64,000 bases of DNA, taken from IMG/VR virus record IMGVR_UViG_3300020577_006545, positions 23,074 to 87,073 of that record; one strand, written 5' to 3'. The position numbers were made by a program, and so were the translations under genes. The first letter of the stretch is position 1. The number at the start of each line of letters is the position of its first letter. Source of the DNA: a virus. Lineage: Duplodnaviria > Caudoviricetes. Below are positions 29,234 through 39,072 of the stretch, in pieces. The notes under the pieces were generated by a model. That model was not told the DNA's origin, did no database searches, and worked only from the letters and a program-made list of their open reading frames with translations.

Positions 29234-30038
29234 GTATAATACAACTATGAAAGAGTGTAGTAAATGTACGATTAAAAAAACATTTAATAATTTTTATAAT
29301 GATAAATCACATAATGACGGTTATATGTCTGTCTGTAAAGAATGTATTAAAAAAAATAAAAACAAAAGAACGAAAGAAAGAACTGCGATAAGATTGACGC
29401 TACAACCTGTAGTGCAGAAAATTTGTTCTACTTGCAAAATTAAAAAGCAAATTCTCCATTTTTATAAACTGGCATCTACAGTGGACGGGTATAACACCGA
29501 ATGCAAACAGTGTTCTAATAACAGAAGTAAAAAAATAATTATAAGGTTGGCAAATAATGGACCATCTATTATTAGGTTTGAAAAAATATGTTATAAATGT
29601 AAAGTTAAAAAACATATTAGCTCTTTCACAAAAAATAGATGCAGACCAGATGGATACCACACTAAATGTAAACAATGCAAATATTCAGAACAAAAAAAAG
29701 ATTTAAGAGAAAATTTACGAAATGCTGTGTACAAAGCAATAACTCAATATTCAGAGCGTGGTAAAGTTAAAACAATACTTGAATATGGTATAGATATAAA
29801 AAAAATTATTGATTATATTGGCGAAAGACCGTCAAAAGATCATCATCTTGACCATATAATACCTATTAGTGCTTTTAATTATAATTTAGATTGGCAAATC
29901 GCAGCTTCTTGGCATCCACAAAATTTACAATGGTTGTTAGCTGAACAAAATCTTAGTAAGCATAACAAATATGAGCAGGAAGAACTTTCATTATATTTAG
30001 AAAATTTTAAAATTCCCAGCAAACGAAGAAGAACTTAA
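29223..30038 (+). mobile_element. HNH endonuclease with repeated CxxC modules
   Basis: Three C..C...K...F repeats; HLDHIIPISAF...WHPQNLQWL.AEQNLSK. Confidence 0.88.
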
Positions 30039-30058
30039 CAAAATACTTGGAGAACTAA

Positions 30059-30802
30059 ATGATTAATTACGAAAACAAAAAGAATGATGACTTTGATTGG
30101 GAGACGTATTTCATAGAATACGGTAATCAAATTGAAGCAGAGAAAAATCACAAGCATATAATTGAAAAAGATCAATATCATTTTGATGGAACTACTTTAA
30201 GAAACACTCAAAGACTTGGTGTTCATCCAAATTGGAGGCTATTATACGAGACTATTCTTCAATTGAACCCAAAAACAGTTCTTGAATGTGGTTGTGGTTT
30301 TGGCGATAGTGTCGCAAATATAAAAGTATTAAAACCAGATATTCATATCGTTGGTAAGGATATTGGAGAAGGGCAATTATACAAAGCGAAGAAAAGACAT
30401 CCAGAAATTGATACATACCAGCATCAGGATATGACTGCACCTCTTCCAGACGGCCACGAAGTCTATGATCTTGTATACACACAAGCGGTTTTAATGCATA
30501 TGAATACAAATGAAAATTGGAAGGATGCTATGTTCAATGTATTTAAGTATTCTACAAAATATGTTCTTATGATGGAAAATTGGACTAAACACGAATTCTT
30601 TGACGATGCTCAAGAGATTATTTCTAAACTGCCTGAATGGAAAGATGCAAAATTCTATTTCAGGAGATCACCAGAATATAACAATAAACCACATCTAATG
30701 GTTGTATCAAAAAATATTCTTGAGTACGAGCCATTGTTAGACTACGACACATTACTTGGTACAGTAACGCAGACAATGACAGAATATAAAACCGAAATAT
30801 GA
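30059..30802 (+). CDS. class I SAM-dependent methyltransferase
   Basis: VLECGCGFG, GKDI, YDLVY, VLMH. Confidence 0.82.
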   Translation: MINYENKKNDDFDWETYFIEYGNQIEAEKNHKHIIEKDQYHFDGTTLRNTQRLGVHPNWRLLYETILQLNPKTVLECGCGFGDSVANIKVLKPDIHIVGKDIGEGQLYKAKKRHPEIDTYQHQDMTAPLPDGHEVYDLVYTQAVLMHMNTNENWKDAMFNVFKYSTKYVLMMENWTKHEFFDDAQEIISKLPEWKDAKFYFRRSPEYNNKPHLMVVSKNILEYEPLLDYDTLLGTVTQTMTEYKTEI

Positions 30803-31677
30803 GAAAACAATTTACAAAAACAATAGAGGAAATAGTAGCGACTGACGAAAAGTCTGTATTGCTTTTAGGTGATATAGGCGTGTTTGGTTTTCGTAATTCA
30901 TTAGAAAAGTACCCAGCCAGAGCATACAATATAGGTATATTAGAACAAGCGACAATAAGTATGGCCGCTGGATTGGCAAAAACAGGGTTAATACCTATTG
31001 TCCATACAATTGCACCTTTTATTGTTGAAAGAGCATTTGAACAATTAAAAGATGACTTTGGATATCAACAACTTGGTGGGAACTTTATAAGTGTTGGTGC
31101 GTCTTACGATTACACAGCACTTGGGGCAACACATCATTGTCCAGGGGATGTGGCATTAATGAATACGATCCCTGGAATGGAAATATTAGTTCCTGGAAAC
31201 TCAAATGAAGTAGACAAGTTGTTAAAAGCAACTTACAATAATGGAAAGCCTACATACACAAGATTGAGTGAGTATGAACATAAAGAAAATATTAATGTTG
31301 AATTTGGAAAAGCAAACGTAATAAAAAAAGGCGGGAATGTAACTATCGTTTGTTTTGGGAATATGTTAACAAATGTAATTGAGGCAACGAAAGACATAGA
31401 TTCGACTATTCTGTATTACTCTACGGTCAAACCATTTGATAGCGAGACATTAAAAGAAAATTGTAATGATATATTAATAGTTGTAGAACCATTTTACGAA
31501 GGCTCTGTAAATTATTTAATAACAAAAGCCTTAACAGATAAGGCAATTTTCGTTTACAATCTTGGTATTCCAAATGAGTTTATAAGAGAGTATGGTAAAA
31601 AAGAGGATCAAGACACTAAATTGAGACTTGATGTTAAATCTTTGAGAGAAGATATAATTAGAATATGTTCAGTATAA
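30799..31677 (+). CDS. transketolase-like protein, C-terminal half
   Basis: GDIG, NIGILEQA, RAFEQ, GATHH, YTRL. Confidence 0.92.
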   Translation: MRKQFTKTIEEIVATDEKSVLLLGDIGVFGFRNSLEKYPARAYNIGILEQATISMAAGLAKTGLIPIVHTIAPFIVERAFEQLKDDFGYQQLGGNFISVGASYDYTALGATHHCPGDVALMNTIPGMEILVPGNSNEVDKLLKATYNNGKPTYTRLSEYEHKENINVEFGKANVIKKGGNVTIVCFGNMLTNVIEATKDIDSTILYYSTVKPFDSETLKENCNDILIVVEPFYEGSVNYLITKALTDKAIFVYNLGIPNEFIREYGKKEDQDTKLRLDVKSLREDIIRICSV

Positions 31678-32684
31678 TTGAAGAAGACGTAATACCCACA
31701 GTAAACAAAATAGATTTTTCGCAACTGGAGAACAAGAATGTGCTTGTTACAGGCGCAACAGGGATTGTAGGGATTTATATGTTGGCTTGTCTTGCACAAG
31801 TTCAAAAGAAATATAATATCAAAATCTATATCTGGAATAAAAATGAAATTCCAGCATATCTAAGAAGTAGTTTCAGGTTTGAGCATGTTAAAATAACATA
31901 TGATTTAACAGAGGAAAAATCATTTGAAAATCTGATGAACTTTGATTACATAATTCATGCCGCAGGATATGGGCAACCTGCAAAATTTTTAGATGATAAA
32001 ATAAAAACTATAAAACTCAATACATCATCCACAATAGGATTATTAAATAAACTGAGTAAGGATGGCAAGTTCTTATTTGTAAGCACAAGTGAATTATATA
32101 ATGGATTAGAAAAAGAATTTGTAACTGAAAATGACATTGGGTCAACGTCACCTGATAACCCAAGAGCCTGTTACATAGAAGGTAAAAGAACTGGCGAAAC
32201 GATATGTCATTCTTATATAGAAAAAGGTTATAATGTTAAAATAGCAAGATTGAGTTTAGGGTATGGGCCAGGAACAAAAACTGGTGACGGTAGAGTTCTA
32301 AATTCGTTTATAGAAAAAGGCATTAAGAATAATAAAATAACTTTAATGGACGCTGGGCAGGCTATCAGAACTTATTGTTATATAACAGATGTTGTAGAAA
32401 TGTTTTGGAATATCCTACTATTTGGTAAAGAACATACTTATAATGTTGGTGGTAAAAGTGAAATTACGATTGATGGTCTTGCGAAAATGATTGGAAATAA
32501 AATGAATAAGGAAGTGATATTTCCAAAAGTAACTCAATCAATGAAAGGTGCCCCAGGAATTGTAAGAATTTCAATTGACAGATATTTAAAAGAATTTAAC
32601 AAAAAGGATTTTGTTTCTCTAGATTACGGACTTGATAGAACAATAGCGTGGCAAAAATACATTTATAACTATGACGGAATTTAA
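31665..32684 (+). CDS. NAD-dependent epimerase/dehydratase (nucleotide-sugar SDR)
   Basis: VTGATGIVG, HAAG, STSELY, YIEGK. Confidence 0.9.
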   Translation: MFSIIEEDVIPTVNKIDFSQLENKNVLVTGATGIVGIYMLACLAQVQKKYNIKIYIWNKNEIPAYLRSSFRFEHVKITYDLTEEKSFENLMNFDYIIHAAGYGQPAKFLDDKIKTIKLNTSSTIGLLNKLSKDGKFLFVSTSELYNGLEKEFVTENDIGSTSPDNPRACYIEGKRTGETICHSYIEKGYNVKIARLSLGYGPGTKTGDGRVLNSFIEKGIKNNKITLMDAGQAIRTYCYITDVVEMFWNILLFGKEHTYNVGGKSEITIDGLAKMIGNKMNKEVIFPKVTQSMKGAPGIVRISIDRYLKEFNKKDFVSLDYGLDRTIAWQKYIYNYDGI

Positions 32685-33543
32685 CAAAACATTACTAATA
32701 ATAGGAAGACACGCTGGCTTCTTTTCAAATGTTCTACACATTGTAGACAATTTGCAATATGCAGATAGAAATGGTTACAAGCCAGTAATTAATATGGATA
32801 GCGATAGACGTTTTCCATATTCAGATAGACGACAGGATATATGGAGCCATTACTTTAAACCAATTAATGATGGAGTTGAAGTAGGACAGGTTACTGTATC
32901 AAACATATTCAGCACAATTTCACCAAACATAAAACCGTCTCCAAATACTAATCTAAATGATTTTGTTTTGGGTTTTGATGGCAGATCAATGTTATGGAAT
33001 TTTAAACAAAGAAATGATATTGAAATGGAAAGATTCAATAGGCAAGAAATTGCAAAAGTAGTAAGCAAATACATAAAGTTATCAGATAATATGCAGGCTA
33101 TTGTTGATGATTTTTATAATAAAAATTTTGGACAAAAAACACTTGGCATTCATGTTAGAGGCACAGACTATCAATTCCACGACTTTATGTCTTATGTCAG
33201 TGCTGTTAACAAACATAAAGATCAATATGATAAAATATACCTTGCAACAGACAATAACGAAACAATAGTAAGAATGAAGGAATTATATGGGGATAAGATT
33301 TGTTTTTATGATACAACAATTAGAGCAAATAATTTTGTTGATAAGGTTGTAGTTTTTGACGATAGACTTATAAAAAACGATCAAGATAAGGTTAAACATG
33401 GAGAAGACGTTCTTATAGAGGCTTATTTATTGTCTAAGTGCGATCATTTGATTTGCATTAATTCAAATGTGCCATTGGCATCACTATACATAAACCCAAA
33501 TTCTACATTTGATCTATTAGGAAGGACAGCAATCGGAGGATAA
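32671..33543 (+). CDS. NodZ/GT23-like fucosyltransferase
   Basis: GFFSN, GIHVRGTD, YLATD, DVLIEAYLLSKCD. Confidence 0.8.
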   Translation: MTEFNKTLLIIGRHAGFFSNVLHIVDNLQYADRNGYKPVINMDSDRRFPYSDRRQDIWSHYFKPINDGVEVGQVTVSNIFSTISPNIKPSPNTNLNDFVLGFDGRSMLWNFKQRNDIEMERFNRQEIAKVVSKYIKLSDNMQAIVDDFYNKNFGQKTLGIHVRGTDYQFHDFMSYVSAVNKHKDQYDKIYLATDNNETIVRMKELYGDKICFYDTTIRANNFVDKVVVFDDRLIKNDQDKVKHGEDVLIEAYLLSKCDHLICINSNVPLASLYINPNSTFDLLGRTAIGG

Positions 33544-34404
33544 ATGGAAAAAACATTATTAATTACATCAAGGAACTGTGGTTTCTTTTCAAATTTTATG
33601 CACATTGTAGATAATCTACAATGGTGTGACGACAATGGGTATAAGCCGGTTATTCAGTTAGAGTACAGACCAGTTCTTCCACTACATCAAGGATGGCAAT
33701 ATTCTGACGGTAGACCAGATGTTTGGAATTATTTCTTTAAACCAGTGAGTGATAATATTGAAACTGGCAATGTTGAGTATTCTTATTTCTTTAAACTGTC
33801 AAACTATATTATGCATGATGGCTGGGACAATGGACAGAACAAGGGATATATTTGGGATTTAACACAACAAGGAAGGACGGACGAAATTCTTGCTAATAGA
33901 AAGAGAGTTCACGCAACTATAGAAAAATATATAAAACCGTCTGATATCACTGCACAAATAATAAATGATTTTAAAGCAAAACATTTTACTGGCAAAGTTC
34001 TTGGCGTTCATGTCAGAGGAACTGACTATCGTTTCCATGATTTTGATGCCTATGTAAATGCAATTAGACAATATGAAAAAGATTATGATAAGATTTATGT
34101 TGCCACAGATAATAAAGAAACAATTACAAGAATGAAAGAACTTTTTGGTGATAAAGTTTGTTATTATGAAACAGAATTAAGATCGGAAAAATTCATTGAT
34201 AAGGTTGTTGTATTTAATGGTGATGTTTTAAAAACAGGGGCAGATCATTTGAAACATGGGCAGGATGTGCTTGTTGAAGCATTATTGTGCTCCAGTTGCG
34301 ACAGATTTATATGTATTAACTCTGGTGTTGCCTGCTCAGTGCTGTACCTGTCAGACCCTGAAATGCCTTATACAATGGTAGGGAGAACAAGTATAGGAGG
34401 ATAA
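33544..34404 (+). CDS. NodZ/GT23-like fucosyltransferase, tandem paralog
   Basis: GFFSN, GVHVRGTD, YVATD, DVLVEALLCSSCD; same C-terminus GRT.IGG. Confidence 0.8.
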   Translation: MEKTLLITSRNCGFFSNFMHIVDNLQWCDDNGYKPVIQLEYRPVLPLHQGWQYSDGRPDVWNYFFKPVSDNIETGNVEYSYFFKLSNYIMHDGWDNGQNKGYIWDLTQQGRTDEILANRKRVHATIEKYIKPSDITAQIINDFKAKHFTGKVLGVHVRGTDYRFHDFDAYVNAIRQYEKDYDKIYVATDNKETITRMKELFGDKVCYYETELRSEKFIDKVVVFNGDVLKTGADHLKHGQDVLVEALLCSSCDRFICINSGVACSVLYLSDPEMPYTMVGRTSIGG

Positions 34405-35016
34405 ATGGAAATAAATTTACAAAGACAAAAAGTGCAAGGTGTAGACTTCTTATCAATAGATGGTAAAAGACATGCAATGCAATCATATAATGTATTGCAT
34501 GATTTAAAATTATTGAAAGAGCAGTATGACGCAGATTACATTATAGAAATAGGAACGTCGTTTGGTATATTGACATTGATATTAGCACAGATGTTTGATA
34601 AAGCAAAATTAATATCGTTTGATATTAACAATGGTATTTTTGACAAAGAGATAGAAGATGCACTTCACGCACAAGAAAATGTGGAATTGGTTATTGAAGA
34701 TTGTTTCACGGAGAACAGTGTAAAAAGGATCACAGATATTATAAACAGTCATAAAAAAGTTATCATTATGTGTGACGGTGGAGACAAACCAAGAGAATTC
34801 AACCTGTTCAGCAAACTAATGCAAAGTGGTCATATTATAATGGCTCACGATTATATCAAAGACCATAGTTTAAGTGGTGAATACAGAAATAAAATATGGA
34901 ATTGGTTTGAGACTACTGAAAGTGACATTACAAACGCCTGTAAAGAAAATAATTTGAAAGAATTTTTACAGGAAGATTTTTACGATTCCGTTTGGGCGAT
35001 AAGAGTTAAAGAATGA
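34405..35016 (+). CDS. SAM-dependent methyltransferase-like protein
   Basis: IIEIGTSFG, SFDI, CDGG, AHD. Confidence 0.65.
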   Translation: MEINLQRQKVQGVDFLSIDGKRHAMQSYNVLHDLKLLKEQYDADYIIEIGTSFGILTLILAQMFDKAKLISFDINNGIFDKEIEDALHAQENVELVIEDCFTENSVKRITDIINSHKKVIIMCDGGDKPREFNLFSKLMQSGHIIMAHDYIKDHSLSGEYRNKIWNWFETTESDITNACKENNLKEFLQEDFYDSVWAIRVKE

Positions 35017-35621
35017 GTATAGGTCATTATTATAATTATTTAAGAACAAACCAAATTATTGAAAATAATTTGGTTGTTAGTGGAGGGATACTATTAACAG
35101 AAGCAGAAGCAAAAAATATTTGTAAATTAATAGAAACAGTTTCGTCTATTGATGGCAATATTATTGAAGTAGGAACATTTAACGGTGGCAGTGCTTTTTT
35201 GATGAGTAAAGCTACTAATAAACAAATTTATACTATTGATACATTTGAAGGGTTAGCAGACGTTAATTCTAAAATTGATGGTGGTTTAAAAAATAAAACG
35301 ATTGCTTCAAAATACGAAAATACTATTTCGTTATTAAGTGATTGTAAAAATGTAGAAGTGATAAGAGGGTACTTTCCAGACGTTGTGAGAGAACGATTTC
35401 AAAATGAAAAATTTTCTTTTGTCCATTTAGATGTGGATACATTTCTATCAACACTAAACTCATTGAAATATTTGTATAGTAAAGTAACAAAAGGCGGGAT
35501 AATTTTAACACACGATTACAAAACATTATCTGGAGTTGCTAAAGCATTTGATTTCTTTTTTAGAAGAAGAGAAAAAATTCAAACAGGTTCAGATTCGCAG
35601 GCTTGGATTGTAAAAGAATAA
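35013..35621 (+). CDS. TylF/MycF/NovP-like O-methyltransferase
   Basis: IIEVGTFNGGS, DTFEG, RGYF, VHLDVD, GG...HDY. Confidence 0.82.
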   Translation: MSIGHYYNYLRTNQIIENNLVVSGGILLTEAEAKNICKLIETVSSIDGNIIEVGTFNGGSAFLMSKATNKQIYTIDTFEGLADVNSKIDGGLKNKTIASKYENTISLLSDCKNVEVIRGYFPDVVRERFQNEKFSFVHLDVDTFLSTLNSLKYLYSKVTKGGIILTHDYKTLSGVAKAFDFFFRRREKIQTGSDSQAWIVKE

Positions 35622-35634
35622 AAAAGGTAAATAT

Positions 35635-36549
35635 ATGAGTATAATAATAAACAGTGCAGATATAGAAGACATTTTAAGATTTAAAATAAGTAATAGATCA
35701 AGGGAAATGGCTTTAGATTTTGATATGAAGTTTGAGAATTTAACGGATGAAGAATACGTTCAATATATTTATAATGTTAGAGATGTTCTTTTAAAAGACA
35801 TCGTATACAGCGGTGAACATAGAGCAGGACAATGGGATGATGGATGGAGAGAAAATCTAAATTTATTTCTTGAGACAAAAGATTTAAATTTATTAATACC
35901 GAAGTATCACGGGAAATACAATCTGTTAAGATGGAAGGGAAATGTTGTAAGGGCAGTAACTAAAAATCTTGATTACAAATTGCATATCTGTTTTGTAGAC
36001 GCGATAACGGACCACTATCTAAAAGACTGTAATCATATTTGGGAATTTGGTTGTGGACCAGCATATCATTTAATCAGAAGACAATTAAGTGGAGACACAC
36101 GCAATCTTTATGGATGTGATTGGGCTAAGTCATCACAGGAAATAATTGAAGAAGTGAATAAAGCAATAGGCACTACAATTAAAGGACATAATCTTGATTT
36201 CTTTAAACCTGATTATTCTATAGAAGTTCCAGAGAATAGCGGGTTTTACACAGTAGCCGCACTTGAACAGGTGGGTGAAAAATACAAAGAGTTTGTAGAT
36301 TGGATATTGAAAAAGAAACCGTCTATTGTTGTTAACATTGAACCTATTGACGAACTTCTAAATCCAAGAAATCTTCTTGACTTTCTTTCTATAATGTATT
36401 TTAGAAAGAGAAAATATCTTGATAAATATTTACCGTATCTTGAGCAACTTGAGAAAGAAGGTAAAATAGAAATAATTAAAAAACAAAGAACGTTCACTGG
36501 ATCGTATTTTGTGGATGGTCATTCACTAATAGTATGGAGGGTAAAATGA
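35635..36549 (+). CDS. SAM-dependent methyltransferase-like protein
   Basis: WEFGCGPA, YGCDW. Confidence 0.65.
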   Translation: MSIIINSADIEDILRFKISNRSREMALDFDMKFENLTDEEYVQYIYNVRDVLLKDIVYSGEHRAGQWDDGWRENLNLFLETKDLNLLIPKYHGKYNLLRWKGNVVRAVTKNLDYKLHICFVDAITDHYLKDCNHIWEFGCGPAYHLIRRQLSGDTRNLYGCDWAKSSQEIIEEVNKAIGTTIKGHNLDFFKPDYSIEVPENSGFYTVAALEQVGEKYKEFVDWILKKKPSIVVNIEPIDELLNPRNLLDFLSIMYFRKRKYLDKYLPYLEQLEKEGKIEIIKKQRTFTGSYFVDGHSLIVWRVK

Positions 36550-37469
36550 GAGTATTAATAACTGGTGGAGCTGGGTACAAAGGAGTTGTATTAACAAAAA
36601 AATTATTAGACGCAGGGCATGATGTGACTATCCTTGATAACTTTATGTATGGATACAGTAGTGTTATGCACCTTGTTAACCATCCTAAATTTTCAGTATT
36701 GAAAGTTGATGTAAGAAATTTAAAAGAGAAAGATATAAGTGGTTATGATGTTGTCTATCACCTTGCTGGTATTTCTGGTATGCCTGCATGTGCCGCCAAC
36801 CCTGCTTCGGCTGAAGCAATTAATGTTCACTCAACAAGACAGCTAGTAAAATTTCTCTCAAAAGATCAAATTCTGATTAACGCATCAACAACATCAATGT
36901 ATGGTGCTAATGATAAAATATGTGACGAGAACACAAATATTGAACCAGAGAAACTAAGCCTTTATGGTAAAACAAAGTATGAAGCAGAAAGGATTGTTCA
37001 AGAAAGAGAAGGGAGCATTTCTTTAAGATTTGCTACTGTATTTGGCGTTTCACCAAGGATGAGAAATGAACTCCTCCCAAATGACTTTGTTTATAAGGCA
37101 ATTAATGATAGAAGTATTGTTATGTTTGCAAGTAATTCAAAGAGAACATTCGTTCATATTACAGATGCTATCAACGCTTATGCTTTCGCTCTTGAAAACT
37201 ACGATAAAATGAAAGGCGAAGTATATAATGTCGGAACAGCAAAAATGAATTTGTCAAAAATGGACATTGCTCTTGAGATTAGCAAATACATTAAATGCGA
37301 ATTGATTGACAGTTCGCTTCCAGATGCTGATATTAGAAACTTTGAAATCTCGTTTGACAAATTACATTCTTTAGGGTATGATGTTAAGTACACATTTGAA
37401 GATGGTATAAAGGAATTGGTAAAACTTTATTCATTCTATGTGCAATATCTACCTTACCAAATAATTTAG
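36534..37469 (+). CDS. NAD-dependent epimerase/dehydratase
   Basis: ITGGAGYKG, HLAG, YGKTK, RFATVFG. Confidence 0.9.
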   Translation: MEGKMRVLITGGAGYKGVVLTKKLLDAGHDVTILDNFMYGYSSVMHLVNHPKFSVLKVDVRNLKEKDISGYDVVYHLAGISGMPACAANPASAEAINVHSTRQLVKFLSKDQILINASTTSMYGANDKICDENTNIEPEKLSLYGKTKYEAERIVQEREGSISLRFATVFGVSPRMRNELLPNDFVYKAINDRSIVMFASNSKRTFVHITDAINAYAFALENYDKMKGEVYNVGTAKMNLSKMDIALEISKYIKCELIDSSLPDADIRNFEISFDKLHSLGYDVKYTFEDGIKELVKLYSFYVQYLPYQII

Positions 37470-37470
37470 A

Positions 37471-37983
37471 ATGGTTTATTACAGTAGCAACGGGAACATA
37501 TCACATATAGATTTAGAAAGAGAAAGTTCCCCTGACTACATTTTAGAAGCAGTTAAAAGCGGATACAAAGTAAGATTTTGTATCCGCTTAATGAGTGACG
37601 ATAATCTCTGGATAGGTGAACATGAGGCAAAGTATAAAATAGAAGACATTGATTTTCTATTTAAAAATTCAAAACATTTCTTAATACATTGTAAGAACAT
37701 AAGTTCATTACATAAATTACGTGAGATTGATTTAAAAAAACAGTTGCATTATTATTATCATGCAACAGATAATGTATCAATTTCTTCAAAAGGATATTTC
37801 TTAATAGATTATGGTAAACGGCCTCTTGGAGAAAATGTTATTGCGATGTTTCCAGAAGACACAGATTATCAGATAAGTGATTTGAAAAAATGTTTTGGTG
37901 TATGTTCAGGCAACATAGAATTCTATAAGAAATTAATTGAAAATGAAACATCTGGAAGTAATACAAAATCAATATCTGCCTGA
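37471..37983 (+). CDS. degenerate glycerophosphodiesterase-like protein
   Basis: Follows the ISHRGN..EN.P.YI..A...GYDVEID pattern, but those residues are replaced (SNGN, KVRFC). Confidence 0.45.
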   Translation: MVYYSSNGNISHIDLERESSPDYILEAVKSGYKVRFCIRLMSDDNLWIGEHEAKYKIEDIDFLFKNSKHFLIHCKNISSLHKLREIDLKKQLHYYYHATDNVSISSKGYFLIDYGKRPLGENVIAMFPEDTDYQISDLKKCFGVCSGNIEFYKKLIENETSGSNTKSISA

Positions 37984-38440
37984 AAATTTAGAAGAAGTGA
38001 TGGAGGTAGTTATTGATACTATTCCTAAATTATCATTTCTTGATAAAACGACAAAAATTGATGTTAAATTTGACGCGCAAGCGATTAGAGCATCAGTGTT
38101 TAAAAGTAATAATATGGACACATTTATGTCAAAAATTGTAGTTAATCTATATCCATATTTGAACGATTTAAAATTATATTTTGCAAGAAGAAGAGTTGGA
38201 GAACACTTTACTCTTTCTATTGAGGATGTAGCGGATTACCATAGATTTCATATTATAGTTCCTTATTATCTTCTTGATTTTAAAGCATTAACAGAAGAAG
38301 AAAAAATTTACTGTGTTGAACAAATAGGTAAACACTACAAGTTTAATCTAACATTAGACCCGCACGACATTGGTAATGTTATGTGGATAAAGGAACATGA
38401 TTTTGAATTCTATCACAAATACAGGTTACTATTACAATGA
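37937..38440 (+). CDS. YEKYKLL-family protein
   Basis: FKALTEEEKIYCV ... FEFYHKYRLLLQ. Confidence 0.65.
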   Translation: MKMKHLEVIQNQYLPENLEEVMEVVIDTIPKLSFLDKTTKIDVKFDAQAIRASVFKSNNMDTFMSKIVVNLYPYLNDLKLYFARRRVGEHFTLSIEDVADYHRFHIIVPYYLLDFKALTEEEKIYCVEQIGKHYKFNLTLDPHDIGNVMWIKEHDFEFYHKYRLLLQ

Positions 38441-39051
38441 ATATAAATTTTACAAATGAGAAGACTTTACAAGGTCTTAAGCTATCAAACTTTCTTCATA
38501 TCAAAGAAAGGAGGTTTGTCAATTCTGTTAAAGAAAAAATAGTAAGTGTTATTAATGATAAACTACAAAAACAGGAATTATTTACTTTATGTGAAATTGA
38601 GTTTGATAATGATTTTACTAAATTAGAAAGTTTATCAAATGAGAAAAAAATGATTTTGTCAGTGTTTCACGAAACAGAAGTTGAAAATAACATACTCCCA
38701 ATCTATGTGACGTTGCATCTGTTTACAAAAAATTTGAAAATGTATTTGTTTAATAGAACACTGTTAAAAGAACAAATTGCAAGATTTTTTACATACGAAG
38801 AAAAATTTTTTTATGAAAAAACTGAATACCTTCTAACTATGATGACAGGGGCATTCTGCCTTGATTTTAAAGAATTGCCAGAAGAAGAAAAATTAACTGC
38901 ACTTGATATATGCAAAGATACCCCATTGTTTTTATATCCTCCTAATATTGGCTCTCCAGTTTTTCATAATGTAAGACCCACTCTTGATATAGATTGGGTA
39001 AGACAAAATGATACCCTATTTTATCAAAAATACCGATTATTATTTGAGTAA
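38437..39051 (+). CDS. YEKYKLL-family protein (long)
   Basis: FKELPEEEKLTAL ... LFYQKYRLLFE. Confidence 0.65.
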   Translation: MNINFTNEKTLQGLKLSNFLHIKERRFVNSVKEKIVSVINDKLQKQELFTLCEIEFDNDFTKLESLSNEKKMILSVFHETEVENNILPIYVTLHLFTKNLKMYLFNRTLLKEQIARFFTYEEKFFYEKTEYLLTMMTGAFCLDFKELPEEEKLTALDICKDTPLFLYPPNIGSPVFHNVRPTLDIDWVRQNDTLFYQKYRLLFE

Positions 39052-39072
39052 TCTTAAAAGATAGTAGAGACA

